DNA of 64,000 nt from Bythopirellula sp. (GTDB lineage: Bacteria > Planctomycetota > Planctomycetia > Pirellulales > Lacipirellulaceae), in NCBI GenBank assembly GCA_965216565.1, contig OZ244170.1, positions 1,920,001-1,984,000 on the forward strand. Reading direction: 5' to 3'. The notes beneath the pieces are model-generated. The model did not search any database. It saw nothing but the letters and a program-made list of their open reading frames with translations, and was not told the origin of the DNA. The position numbers and the translations under genes were made by a program. Every line of letters starts with the position of its first letter. Position 1 is the first letter of the stretch. Positions 9,296 through 21,155 of this stretch are shown here, piece after piece.

Positions 9296-10342
9296 TCATT
9301 CGGTAGATGACGGGCTGATCTTCAAATCCTGGTTTCTCTCAAACACACCGCGCCGCTCCAACTCGTCAAGAATCGTGTTGGTGAATAGAGGCACATCCTT
9401 TCCATCAATGTGCGAACCATCGGGGCATTCGATGTCTGCTATCGCGGGGAGTTCTAGGTAGTGAATCGGTACGCCGCGAGTCGTCTCCGCGAACTTATCC
9501 CAATATTTGTACTTGGGATAGAGTCGAGCGTTCAGGTCATAGTAGGCACTTGTCAACGGCATGGTGATGAACACAACTTGGCCGCCTCGCTGTTGTATCT
9601 GCTCGACCAGAGCCTCCACTTCTCGGATCCTTGATTTCCACTGATGTATATTTGAGAGTCCCCACTGGGCTACCCATCTTCGAGCGCGGTATCTTCGGAC
9701 CTCAAGACTATCGGGACGTCGATAATATTGAAAATCCGCCGTTCGCGATCGATCGAAGTGATTTGTCGTGTGTCGTGGGTAAGGTAAGCAGCCTTCCTCT
9801 ACCAGGTGTCGAACCACCGCAATTGCGGCAACCTCCGAACTTAAGAAAGCCACCTTGTCTTGCAACCAGGCAGAGATTGTGCGATTCAGGCGTCGGTCGA
9901 ATGAGATCTTTGTCTTCGAGACCGGCAAGTAGTCGACCATCGAAGTCCTGCCGACATCTCCCGAAGGCGCCACTGAACAGATAATGGTGCCCCGAAATGA
10001 TTCGTCCTTGGCAAAGTCCTCTAACAGTTCAAAGGCGCCTTTGCCGGCAATTTCAAGACGAATTAATGGCCGATCGGGGTATCGTTCGCGAAAGATTGTC
10101 GAAGAGAAACCCAACTTTAATCTTGAAGCCCCGATCGCAACCACCGCATTCTCCTGGGAGGCCGCTTGCTTATTAATTGCCCACCATAAGGGGTCGTCCG
10201 TCAACGAAGGGCGATGTCCGCCCCAGCGCCAGAAGAGCTCTAACGTGAGAGAAACTACCAGCACGGCGACGATACAGAGCACCCAAATCCGCCCGAGCGG
10301 CAAATTTGGAATGCGATCAAAACTGGAAGTAGATGAAGGCAC
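9296..10342 (-). CDS. SGNH-like (DltD/AlgJ-type) partner of the MBOAT acyltransferase
   Basis: N-terminal TM anchor, IGASR (block I-like) and DGSH (DxxH); overlaps the end of the MBOAT gene. Confidence 0.7.
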   Translation of the reverse strand: MPSSTSSFDRIPNLPLGRIWVLCIVAVLVVSLTLELFWRWGGHRPSLTDDPLWWAINKQAASQENAVVAIGASRLKLGFSSTIFRERYPDRPLIRLEIAGKGAFELLEDFAKDESFRGTIICSVAPSGDVGRTSMVDYLPVSKTKISFDRRLNRTISAWLQDKVAFLSSEVAAIAVVRHLVEEGCLPYPRHTTNHFDRSRTADFQYYRRPDSLEVRRYRARRWVAQWGLSNIHQWKSRIREVEALVEQIQQRGGQVVFITMPLTSAYYDLNARLYPKYKYWDKFAETTRGVPIHYLELPAIADIECPDGSHIDGKDVPLFTNTILDELERRGVFERNQDLKISPSSTE

Positions 10343-11732
10343 GATCTTCCCCCGGCGACGTAAAAATTAGCAGAATCATCACACCCAAGGCGAGTGCTGT
10401 CAGCCACCAAGGCAACCGCTCGGCTAAGCCTTCTAGGCTAGAGTTGCGAAGCACCCAGTGAGACGCAACGACGGCACCAACCGTGAGTCCAACAAGCCAG
10501 CTTTCGACGGAATCCACGAGTCGACTCGCGTTACCAACCGTTTCGCCCAACATGGCTGAGGCAATCGTAAAGGCTGATTCGAAATCATCTGCTCGAAAGA
10601 AAACCCAAGTGAAACAGACTAACACAAAAGTAAGCAGCATCAGGAAGGGTGCCATCGCGGGTCCGACGGGACGTGTGAACTTACTGCGCAGAAATCTTTC
10701 GCCCACTAAGTACAGCCCGTGCAGACCACCCCACGCTACGAACGTCCAAGCAGCTCCGTGCCAGAGTCCCCCAATGAGCATGGTCAGCATCAAGTTGATT
10801 TGCGTGCGAATAGCGCCGTTGCGATTTCCACCTAATGGAATATAGAGATAGTCGCGCAACCACGAAGACAACGAAATGTGCCAGCGATTCCAGAAGTCCG
10901 AGAAGCCAATCGCTGCGTAGGGTGCCCGAAAATTGTCTGGAATCCTAAATCCTAGGCACATAGCTACGCCAATGGCACAACTCGAATAGCCAGAAAAATC
11001 GCAGAGAATCTGCCCAGAAAATGCCAGCGTCCCGCACCATGCGCTCCAGACATCCGGCTTGCTGCCAGCCTCGTAAACCTTTTCGACCGTCGGCGCTAAC
11101 AGTCCGTCTGCGACGACCACCTTTTGAAACAGACCCACCACCAATAACACTAGCCCCCACGCCATCTGGGGCATTGCGGCCTGCTTTGGTTCCTCGCACT
11201 GGGGCAGGAATTCTGTGGAACGGACAATCGGACCAGCCACGAGCTGCGGGAAGAAAGTGACGTACAGGGCAAAATCAATGAGCGAACGACTCGGACGTGT
11301 GCGGCCAAAATAAACGTCCAGCGAATAGGAGAGTGTTTGGAATGTGTAGAAAGATATTCCCACTGGCAAAATGATATCGGGCTGAGCAGGTTGCCACGAA
11401 ACACCGACGACATCAAGCAGCGCAACAAAGTTCTCCAATAGAAAACCACCGTACTTGAAAAATCCCAACAGCCCCAAGTTGACGGCTAAAGAGATCCCAA
11501 GCCACATTCGCCGAATTGTTTTTCCCTCCGACGCCGCGATTCGCTTCGCCACGACCCAATCGGTAAGCGTTGAAATCCACAGTAGAATGACGAAAGGGGG
11601 ATTCCACGCCGCGTAGAACAGATAGCTGGACAGAATTAGATTGATTTTCTTCCAGCGCCACGGAATCGGCAAACGATGAACTATCAGGACGACTGCAAGA
11701 AAAGCGATGAAGGTGTAGGAATTGAAAATCAT
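10317..11732 (-). CDS. MBOAT O-acyltransferase, AlgI/DltB family
   Basis: LPVGISFYTFQ, FFPQLVAGPIVR, DFSGYS, FWNRWHISLSSWLRDYLYIPLGG, GLWHGA, FIYFQF C-terminus. Confidence 0.95.
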   Translation of the reverse strand: MIFNSYTFIAFLAVVLIVHRLPIPWRWKKINLILSSYLFYAAWNPPFVILLWISTLTDWVVAKRIAASEGKTIRRMWLGISLAVNLGLLGFFKYGGFLLENFVALLDVVGVSWQPAQPDIILPVGISFYTFQTLSYSLDVYFGRTRPSRSLIDFALYVTFFPQLVAGPIVRSTEFLPQCEEPKQAAMPQMAWGLVLLVVGLFQKVVVADGLLAPTVEKVYEAGSKPDVWSAWCGTLAFSGQILCDFSGYSSCAIGVAMCLGFRIPDNFRAPYAAIGFSDFWNRWHISLSSWLRDYLYIPLGGNRNGAIRTQINLMLTMLIGGLWHGAAWTFVAWGGLHGLYLVGERFLRSKFTRPVGPAMAPFLMLLTFVLVCFTWVFFRADDFESAFTIASAMLGETVGNASRLVDSVESWLVGLTVGAVVASHWVLRNSSLEGLAERLPWWLTALALGVMILLIFTSPGEDRAFIYFQF

Positions 11733-11961
11733 GCAGATCAAGTGCCTGGATCATTCCATAGTTGGAATCTATGCAAGCTATCCTTTGAATCAAGAGCAGA
11801 TGATCGACCACACCCTGAGAATAGCGAGTCCCGATGTCATCTCGAGGTCGCCTCGGAATGGCTATTCACGCCCTACAGCTTAGGCAGGCGGCGGCAGGAG
11901 TTCAATCAATCGCTGCCCAGATAGGGCATGATTCGGAACGTCGGCTCAGAAAACGGCGACG

Positions 11962-12001
11962 AAAAAAATCGCCCCAAGAATCAAGTGATCCTTGGGGCGA
12001 T
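11962..12001 (-). terminator. Intrinsic terminator downstream of tRNA-Cys
   Basis: Perfect 11-bp inverted repeat ATCGCCCCAAG/CTTGGGGCGAT followed by a U-tract on the minus strand. Confidence 0.8.
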
Positions 12002-12010
12002 CGTGCAAAG

Positions 12011-12082
12011 AGGCGCCGCCCGGATTCGAACCGGGGATGTCGGATTTGCAATCCGATGCCTTAGCCACTTGGCCACGGCGCC
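12011..12082 (-). tRNA. tRNA-Cys (GCA), CCA not encoded
   Basis: Reverse complement GGCGCCGTGGCCAAGTGGCTAAGGCATCGGATTGCAAATCCGACATCCCCGGTTCGAATCCGGGCGGCGCCT: cloverleaf, GCA anticodon, TTCGAAT T-loop, U73 discriminator. Confidence 0.97.
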
Positions 12083-12462
12083 ATGATCGATTTTGATATC
12101 TATTTGATATCTAGTTTGCCACACAGGAACTTGCTACTTCCTGTGCAACCGGGTCACAACTTCTATTCGGCAACCCGACAGCAAGCCTTGAGGGACTTCT
12201 GAAAGTTAATTTGTTCCTGCCAGGTAACCCTAAGCAATCAAGGGGTTTCGGTCAAGTGCAGTCACTCTGGTGAATACGGACTTTTGGGGGAACGCGCAAG
12301 GAGTTCCACTCGCGCCAGCCGCGAACAGCTAGGAGGGTTCCTCTGGAGATTCGACCTGCATGGATTCGATGCATGTAGAGAGAAGAGATGCCCGGCGCGT
12401 GCTGATGACGATTTGTTATCGCCATGCCGACTGACCGCAGAAAATCGAGGGAGGATTTGCCG

Positions 12463-12801
12463 ATGCTGAATTTGATTGCCATGCTGTTCAAAACGACCCC
12501 GGCCGCCAAAGTAGAAGTCGTAGCCCGTCAGGTCGTCGATTCTAGCCTCGCCAGCGCCACGCAATTGGTTGCTGCCGATCTGGCCGAGATGTCGCTTTCA
12601 GAGGCACGCGGCTTTATCCGAGCCCGCTGCGGCCGGTTGCTGAGACGGCACACGCGCATGGCAATCAACAATCACGCAGAAGCCGACATCTGCTGGACTC
12701 CTCAGGTGCTCCGCATGGCCACCGAACGTTTGATACCCGTAGTGCTTCGTGAGTCGCGGGTAGGTATGCCTCGTCAGCTAGGATTGAAGATGGCGGCTTA
12801 G
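12463..12801 (+). CDS. Hypothetical protein
   Basis: Strong GGGAGGA RBS before ATG 12463; helical 112-aa product. Confidence 0.65.
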   Translation: MLNLIAMLFKTTPAAKVEVVARQVVDSSLASATQLVAADLAEMSLSEARGFIRARCGRLLRRHTRMAINNHAEADICWTPQVLRMATERLIPVVLRESRVGMPRQLGLKMAA

Positions 12802-12829
12802 TTGCCGCTATCGGTTGGATTTGCCCCTG

Positions 12830-13177
12830 ATGGACCCTAGCTCTTATCCCTCGCTGCAGAGTTTGGCGAAGTGCAATGCACAGCTAGCCGCGAATAGTCG
12901 GCGTGTCGAACACATTGCCGACACGCAGTTGGACGGCATCGAGCGATTCTTTCAGGCGGCAACCACCGGAAACTGGGAGTCGATTGCCCAAGCCTCGCGA
13001 TATCTTGCCAAACAAGATTCCACAATGCTTGACGAACAAGTGATTCTTCATGCTCGCCAACTATGTATCGAGTTGGCCCAGGCTCGCTCTCGTCCTTCAG
13101 AACCGAAGAGCTTTGCGAATCTGATCGAAGCCTGCCGAAGTAGCCGGCGACATCGAATGGCTCAAGACTACAAGTAA
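12830..13177 (+). CDS. Hypothetical protein
   Basis: Co-oriented ORF filling the gap up to the convergent gene; start uncertain (TTG 12815 or ATG 12830). Confidence 0.55.
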   Translation: MDPSSYPSLQSLAKCNAQLAANSRRVEHIADTQLDGIERFFQAATTGNWESIAQASRYLAKQDSTMLDEQVILHARQLCIELAQARSRPSEPKSFANLIEACRSSRRHRMAQDYK

Positions 13178-13181
13178 CGCA

Positions 13182-13583
13182 TTACCTTCGCACGGTGTAA
13201 GAATAGCCGTACGGATACGAGTAATGGTAGTAAGGCCGATAGCCGCTATTGTAGACGAATAGCCCCGCTTTAGGCCGTGTCCAAGTCAAGCTAGTGGCCG
13301 CCATCCAAGGTAGAGTGGTGGCATCGGGTCGGCCTGGCACCAATCCGTGTCGACGCTGTGCCTCTAAACGGGCCAGGCGACTCTTGCCTCGTGCAATCGC
13401 CTTCTGCTGGGCAATGGAAAGCTTGGGCTCCTCCGTCACGGGCGGATAATAATATTCGCTATCAGGCGCGCGGCTGGCAGACGGTTCTCCCTGTTGGGCG
13501 GTTGCTGATTGTGGTGCAGAAAGCAAGATTGCAAACACAAGCGACAGCAAGAGGAAAACACACGATAGGCGTTTGAAAGTCAT
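13182..13583 (-). CDS. Hypothetical secreted protein with Tyr-rich C-terminus
   Basis: Signal peptide (ATA/Q), GGA upstream, YYHYSYPYGYSY tail. Confidence 0.7.
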   Translation of the reverse strand: MTFKRLSCVFLLLSLVFAILLSAPQSATAQQGEPSASRAPDSEYYYPPVTEEPKLSIAQQKAIARGKSRLARLEAQRRHGLVPGRPDATTLPWMAATSLTWTRPKAGLFVYNSGYRPYYHYSYPYGYSYTVRR

Positions 13584-13757
13584 CGCAACATCCAGGAAAA
13601 CAGAGTGAACCTTAATGGGCGCTCGAGCCGAGCTTTCCCGCTATTCTCTGTTTCGGCAACCAGTTCAATAGCCCTGAGCCGGAACGGCCCAGAGCAGTCA
13701 TTCCCCCCACTTAGCGACCGATCTTCCGATCTAGGCAATCTCTAAGGGTTGGGAAAT

Positions 13758-13823
13758 AGCTCTCAGCTCTCAGCTCTCAGCTCTCAGCCCTCAGCTCTCA
13801 GCTTTCCGCTCTCCGCTCTCCGC

Positions 13824-13827
<4 letters not shown>
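13758..13827. repeat. Heptamer tandem repeat (AGCTCTC)n grading to (CGCTCTC)n, about 10 units
   Basis: Read directly: agctctc x4, agccctc, agctctc, agctttc, cgctctc x2, cgctcac; the last unit overlaps the uvrB stop codon. Confidence 0.9.
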
Positions 13828-15893
<2,066 letters not shown>

Positions 15894-16063
15894 GGCAGGT
15901 ATGTGGCGGGTTCGGGGGAGAACGGGCAAGACAGTCGGCAATCGGCCGAGATTCCTAACCCATTATTAGAACGGGTTGTGGCGTAAGGCGAAAGCCTTCC
16001 AGACAATTAGACGCAGATGCAATAAAAGCACCTTTAGACACTGCAAAATCAGCCACCCAATTA

Positions 16064-16131
16064 GCCGGACCGCCACGCGGTCCGCCGTGGTGGGCCGGAC
16101 CGCCGATCTCCGGAGGCAAGTGTGCCTCCGG
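16064..16131. repeat. GC-rich palindromic (REP-like) cluster
   Basis: GCCGGACCGCC direct repeat at 16064 and 16094; hairpins GGACCGC-CAC-GCGGTCC and CCGGAGGCA-AGTG-TGCCTCCGG. Confidence 0.5.
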
Positions 16132-16240
16132 CTAGGCAGCGTAAAAAAGAATGCCTAACACCTTTCCTCGTCTATCACCGCCTGTACATTGATTCTGTTG
16201 GCTCAAGTCCCCCTCTCATCTGACTAGGCAAAAGTCAAAA

Positions 16241-16444
16241 ATGTCGAACGAAGAAACAAACGAACTGCTCCGCGAAATCCGCAACTTACTGGCAGAAAGA
16301 GAACAGAAGTACGACGAACATCTAGAAAAAACTCGGAAACTCTACGAGTCACAGCTACGCAGGGCGCGGAGATTCCAATTACGCAGCATTCTATTCGTGC
16401 TGGTTCTCTTCATCGCATTCATCTTCTTGAACTTGAACCGGTAG
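16241..16444 (+). CDS. Small coiled-coil protein with C-terminal TM helix
   Basis: 67 aa, charged helix followed by a hydrophobic C-terminal segment. Confidence 0.6.
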   Translation: MSNEETNELLREIRNLLAEREQKYDEHLEKTRKLYESQLRRARRFQLRSILFVLVLFIAFIFLNLNR

Positions 16445-16554
16445 GAGCAACAAAAGTTGGTGCCATGCTCCACGCTTGCGTGGTCATGCGAAGCGTAAGA
16501 GACACCCCACGATGGAGGACCACCTTGGGCATGGCATCGATTGAAATCTAGCAA

Positions 16555-16998
16555 CTATTGCACCGCTTCCGCCCATTCGCGTTCCAGCGCCGCCCAGTCA
16601 GTATCCTTCGGGATCGGCAACAGATACGGCCGCATTTTGTCCAGCGTCCTGAGGCCAATGCCATCTACTCGCGTCACCTGGCCGAGATCCTGGTAGGGAC
16701 CGTTCTCCGAACGTTCCAAGATTATGCGTCGAGCCAATGTTTCGCCAATGCCGGGAAGCTGAATCAACTCCGGCCAATCGGCACGATTGACATCCACTTG
16801 AAACTTCGCTGTCAGCGGCGGAGCGCGGTCGATATGGATGAGTTCGCCACGATGTCCGCCTCGGTAGGCCCAATAGCTGACCATCATCACCAGCACACTC
16901 GCGGCCAATGCAAGCAGACTCACCTGGTCCCGCGGCTTAATAAGCGGTTGACGAGTATTTAAAGTATCGGATTGTCTCGGCTCGATAGCCATACGCAT
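16555..16998 (-). CDS. comEA: ComEA-family helix-hairpin-helix DNA-binding protein
   Basis: TM anchor; VDVNRADWPELIQLPGIGETLARRI and VDGIG HhH motifs; start overlaps the upstream stop (TAATG). Confidence 0.85.
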   Translation of the reverse strand: MRMAIEPRQSDTLNTRQPLIKPRDQVSLLALAASVLVMMVSYWAYRGGHRGELIHIDRAPPLTAKFQVDVNRADWPELIQLPGIGETLARRIILERSENGPYQDLGQVTRVDGIGLRTLDKMRPYLLPIPKDTDWAALEREWAEAVQ

Positions 16999-17810
16999 TA
17001 ATTCGAAGACTTAGGTGCTTCTTCGGGCTCCCAATGCAAAGCCGCGATGAGGGCTTTGCCGTATTGCTTCCAAAGTACGTCGGCATCCATACCCGCATCT
17101 TTGGGTAGCTCAAGCGTGATAATTGGTCTCCCGAGTGTCTCACCCACAAATGAACCGAACGACCCGGGCCGGCCGCCGAGCTTTTTCACCTTGAGACGGC
17201 ACTCTGCAGCCATCGCTTTGGCAAGTCCTTCGGCGGGGCCGTCGTAGTCAATGCAGTCGATCGGTTGATGGATGCTGACCACCCGACTCGGGAAATAGCG
17301 GCACAGCACACGCATGAGCACTCGCGATTCTGGCTCCGAGAGGGGTGTATCACCATGCAGGTTGACTTTCTCAACCTTCCAATTTCCGGCTGGGAAATTA
17401 CGGTTCAGGTCGACCCCGCGCGTGTTGTACCGTTTGTCGGCCGCAAAGCCATCGGGATTTGCTACGGGGACGACAACTACCTGCTTGCCCTCTAGCTCTG
17501 AGGGATTTTCTTCCAACCATCGCCCAAAAGGTTTCATCAGCGGCGTGCCAGCGGCCTCGTTGCCGTGAATCGTGGCGATCACCAATAGCACGTCCGGGCC
17601 GCTGCCATAGACTATACACTCGATCGGCCTCCCCTCGGCGGATTTGCCGATGGTGGACTTTACCGGCGCGGTTGAAGACTGCTCTATTGCGGCAACTGCT
17701 TCCTCAGCTCGAGCCTCTTGGGGATTCACAAGCAAGTCCGAACTCACCAGAGCAGCAACAAGAAGTAATGGATAAGCACATTCGGGTCGAGTTAGCAGCG
17801 AACGTTTCAT
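16998..17810 (-). CDS. mpaA: M14 zinc carboxypeptidase, murein peptide amidase MpaA-like
   Basis: IGKSAEGRPI, HGNE (HxxE), NPDG, VDLNRNFP, SEPES, SIHQP, PGSFGS, ITLELP; signal peptide. Confidence 0.82.
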   Translation of the reverse strand: MKRSLLTRPECAYPLLLVAALVSSDLLVNPQEARAEEAVAAIEQSSTAPVKSTIGKSAEGRPIECIVYGSGPDVLLVIATIHGNEAAGTPLMKPFGRWLEENPSELEGKQVVVVPVANPDGFAADKRYNTRGVDLNRNFPAGNWKVEKVNLHGDTPLSEPESRVLMRVLCRYFPSRVVSIHQPIDCIDYDGPAEGLAKAMAAECRLKVKKLGGRPGSFGSFVGETLGRPIITLELPKDAGMDADVLWKQYGKALIAALHWEPEEAPKSSN

Positions 17811-17926
17811 ATCGGAAAAAACCTATGGGTTGCAAAGATTGCGACGAGCAAGGGATATTAAAGCACTTAGGCAGCGTTTTTCCCAAACAATATTTCCCAA
17901 TATAACAAATCACAATCGGAGCGGAT

Positions 17927-18865
17927 GTGGCAAACGACTTTTCACAGCTAGAGTGGGACGACCGCCTACGTGTCGATTGTCGGGCACTAGTGCAGTTGGC
18001 ATTGCTTGAGGATTTAGATGGTCAGAACGACTGGACCACCCAAGCTATCGTACCTGAGACAAGCGAAGGGACCGCCGACATCGTGGCCCGCGAGGCGGGC
18101 GTTGTCGCGGGGTTGCCCACAATTGAGATCGTGATCGATTTGCTTCAGGCCGACATCCAAGTGGAGACGGCGGTTTCCGATGGTTCAGCCGTCGCTGCCG
18201 GTGCCATCCTAGCGAGCCTCAGCGGTAACACCCGTGATATTCTCACTGCCGAAAGGACGATTCTCAATCTTCTCGGGCGTCTCATGGGCATTGCGACACT
18301 CACGAACAACTATGTCGAAAAAGTACAGAAGGTCAACAAAGAGCAGGGGAGTTCCGCCCAGGTCTACGACACTCGGAAGACAACCCCAGGGTGGAGAAGG
18401 TTAGAAAAGTATGCCGTCAAATGTGGTGGAGCACAGAACCATCGCACCGGGTTGTTCGATGCCATACTGATCAAGGACAACCACTTGGCTCAAAGCGGTC
18501 GGCAGGATCTCTCACCAGCGGCTGCCGTTCAGCAGGCAAGAGAGTTCTTGGACCACTGCAAAGAAATTTCTGCACCTGACAAGTTTCTAGTTGAGATAGA
18601 AGTCGATACGCTCGAGCAACTAGCAGTAGCTTTGGCCGCGCAGCCTGATATCGTTTTGCTCGACAATATGTCAATTTCCGAATTGTGCGAGGGCGTGAAG
18701 ATCCGTAACGGATCGGCCCCAGAAGTTCACCTAGAAGCCTCGGGCGGAGTGAATCTCGACACGATTTCGGAGATTGCCGGAACCGGTGTCGATCGAATCA
18801 GTGTGGGCGCCCTAACCCATTCAGCCCGATCACTCGACGTCGGATTGGACTGGAACCCAGCTTGA
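17927..18865 (+). CDS. nadC: Nicotinate-nucleotide pyrophosphorylase (quinolinate phosphoribosyltransferase)
   Basis: DTRKTTPG, NHRTGLFDAILIKDNH, EIEVD, LLDNM, EASGG, ISVGALTHS. Confidence 0.96.
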   Translation: MANDFSQLEWDDRLRVDCRALVQLALLEDLDGQNDWTTQAIVPETSEGTADIVAREAGVVAGLPTIEIVIDLLQADIQVETAVSDGSAVAAGAILASLSGNTRDILTAERTILNLLGRLMGIATLTNNYVEKVQKVNKEQGSSAQVYDTRKTTPGWRRLEKYAVKCGGAQNHRTGLFDAILIKDNHLAQSGRQDLSPAAAVQQAREFLDHCKEISAPDKFLVEIEVDTLEQLAVALAAQPDIVLLDNMSISELCEGVKIRNGSAPEVHLEASGGVNLDTISEIAGTGVDRISVGALTHSARSLDVGLDWNPA

Positions 18866-19213
18866 ATGGCAACTTCTTAGGTCCAGACGGTGGCGTCTAG
18901 TTCTCCCCAGCTGCCCTACGGTTGCATTTTGGAAACGCGTGTAGGGTATCCTTGGTTGCCGGATCACATCATACCTATTCGCCGACGAGCCGCATTGCAC
19001 GCCGAATTCGATCACTTGTCCCCAAAGATTTGACACACTCTTTGGCAAACCTAGATTTGGATGTTCCAGCACCTTTGGGGAGGGGTGTTGGACCACCGAC
19101 GCGGCGGGAACGCTTGAGCGAGAGGGGACCCCGCCGCGTCATTTTTTTGGTTTCCAACCCATAATTCCCCTAAATCTGCCGAAGCTTTGTCAAGCACCCG
19201 CCAGAAAATATAT

Positions 19214-19242
19214 TTGACAGCATCGTAGGGAGCGATTAGACT
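19214..19242 (+). promoter_or_regulatory. Near-consensus sigma70 promoter about 600 bp upstream of the next recognisable gene
   Basis: TTGACA-17 nt-TAGACT with an AT-rich upstream segment. Confidence 0.65.
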
Positions 19243-19846
19243 GGGGCTTAGCAGGGGTCATTTTCGTTAGAGATCCCCTATTTTTACCGCTTTTTTCAAT
19301 TCACAAAGGGTTGTGGAACTCATGAACATTCGATCGACGACAGGTCAAACAGACACTGTCGTTGTCCGAGCAGGCGAAACAATAAGCCTGGGTTCCCAAC
19401 ACCATCTCTCGAATTGAACCTCCTACGCTTCCACACACTGTGTGTATTTCCGCGTGATTTGGTAATTTCAGCCCGATGGTTGCTTGGACTCTGCTGAGCC
19501 CGTTATCCGCATTCAGTACGGGTACCGTGCACGTAGTTTCTTCGTCTGTCTCCGTTTCACCTGAGCTGATTCGATGGATTGCGCTGCGCATTCCACCGTG
19601 TAATCAGCACCATGCCTGAAACGCTGTAGGGCAACTAGTCTCACGACCTCGCGCAAGTTGCGCACCCTTCACAAACCGGATTCGGTTCTGAATTGCTTGC
19701 GCCAGCAGGCATGTCGTCTATCGAATGGCATCAGCAGTAACACTGCTTGATCAATTTCACGAGTTGCACTCCCACTACTACACCTTGGGAGAAGAGTGCG
19801 CGGCTGACTTTTGGGGAAGTTCGTCGCAAGCAATCGGAGCAACATC

Positions 19847-20773
19847 ATGAGAAGTACAAAACTTAGAGCGATCGCTTCCTACGGGTCAGAAATCCCCCCG
19901 GTCACGAAATACCTTCGCCTGGCTACAGCAGCTGCATGCTTTTCGCTGCTACTGGCACCACTTTCTCACGCTGGGTTTGTTAGTGGAACCTACAAGGTAG
20001 ATATCGGCGAGAGCGAGCGTCTTATGGAAGCCATGCTTCAATATGATCGGGATGAAATTTCCGAACAGGAGATGCTGCAAATCCAAATGCAAGAGATGTG
20101 CAAGAATCCTTCCATTCGGCTAATTGACCGGAACCGCCCCGCTATACTATTGCAAAACACGACCGATCCGAATGGTCCAGGTGCTGAGAACGAACTCACC
20201 CAATTCACGCTCGACCTGGAGCAACTTGGTTTCGAATTCGGTACAGGTGATTTCAATCCGGACATATTCAATAACAATCTCACATTCTTGAGTAGCCGTT
20301 CGGATGCAGGAATCTCGATTAGTTCTTCCTTCGGGACTGTCTCCGATATCGATCTGACGCCCGATCCTGCAAAGCTCGTCGTCGATATTCAAGGGCTCAC
20401 GCCCGGTGCTGGTTTGATCTTCCGAGTGGATCTCGATCCTACGACACCCAACGCGCTACTCTATTCCGACTATCGCGAAGTCGTTTTGGGGGCCAACATA
20501 GGTAACGGTTCTGGCAATCCCGCCCTGATTTCGTCCACTTTCTCCTCAGGTCAGGGCGATGATCGCATGTCGACGGCTTCACCTTTCGTACCGTTTGGCG
20601 GTGATTTCGATAATATGCTCGAGAGTGCGGGGCAGTTGGAGGGATACCATGCCCAGTCCAGTTCAGAGATGTTCTCCCAATCGGGAGGCACAGAAATTCC
20701 CGAGCCTAACAGTTCGCTATTGCTAATTGCCGCATTCGCTTTGGTTTCGAAACACCGAGTTCGGCGTTCGTAG
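19847..20773 (+). CDS. PEP-CTERM surface protein
   Basis: Signal-like N-terminus (..LSHA); C-terminal EIPEPNSSLLLIAAFALVSKHRVRR; start uncertain. Confidence 0.8.
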   Translation: MRSTKLRAIASYGSEIPPVTKYLRLATAAACFSLLLAPLSHAGFVSGTYKVDIGESERLMEAMLQYDRDEISEQEMLQIQMQEMCKNPSIRLIDRNRPAILLQNTTDPNGPGAENELTQFTLDLEQLGFEFGTGDFNPDIFNNNLTFLSSRSDAGISISSSFGTVSDIDLTPDPAKLVVDIQGLTPGAGLIFRVDLDPTTPNALLYSDYREVVLGANIGNGSGNPALISSTFSSGQGDDRMSTASPFVPFGGDFDNMLESAGQLEGYHAQSSSEMFSQSGGTEIPEPNSSLLLIAAFALVSKHRVRRS

Positions 20774-21155
20774 CCAGCAGACATTCGCTGCAATTCGAGT
20801 TGATTGCCGACCTACTAAGTTCGCCAGATGCCTAGGTGGGCAATCTAGGCAAAGTTTAGCGATCGCGCAACCCCCTCTGATTCTCCTAATTTTGAGGATT
20901 CTAACGGAAATAACGAAAGTAATGGTTATTCCGGTACCGATCCCTCTCCACAGGCACGTCTCCTAGACCGTTCGCCGAGCTCGCTCGGCCGATGTGTCAC
21001 TCGCAGATTGGGCGAGAGAAACCGAGACACATGTGCCTTCAGTTTTTGGATGTACTTATAGAGCCTGAACTTTTCAGGTTTTTCCCAACAGCTCTGCCCT
21101 ACAAAGTTTGTGGACTGTTGGTGCAGCTTTCGGAGATGCTAAGGGGGAACTCGAG

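Noticed and set aside
9296..12082. Possible genomic island integrated at the tRNA-Cys 3' end
   Set aside because: No integrase and no duplicated tRNA 3' end seen; a normal terminator follows the tRNA
12092..12145. Short direct repeat (TTTGATATCTA x2) and inverted repeat (CACAGGAA/TTCCTGTG) upstream of tRNA-Cys
   Set aside because: Too short to assign a function; compatible with an ordinary tRNA leader or promoter
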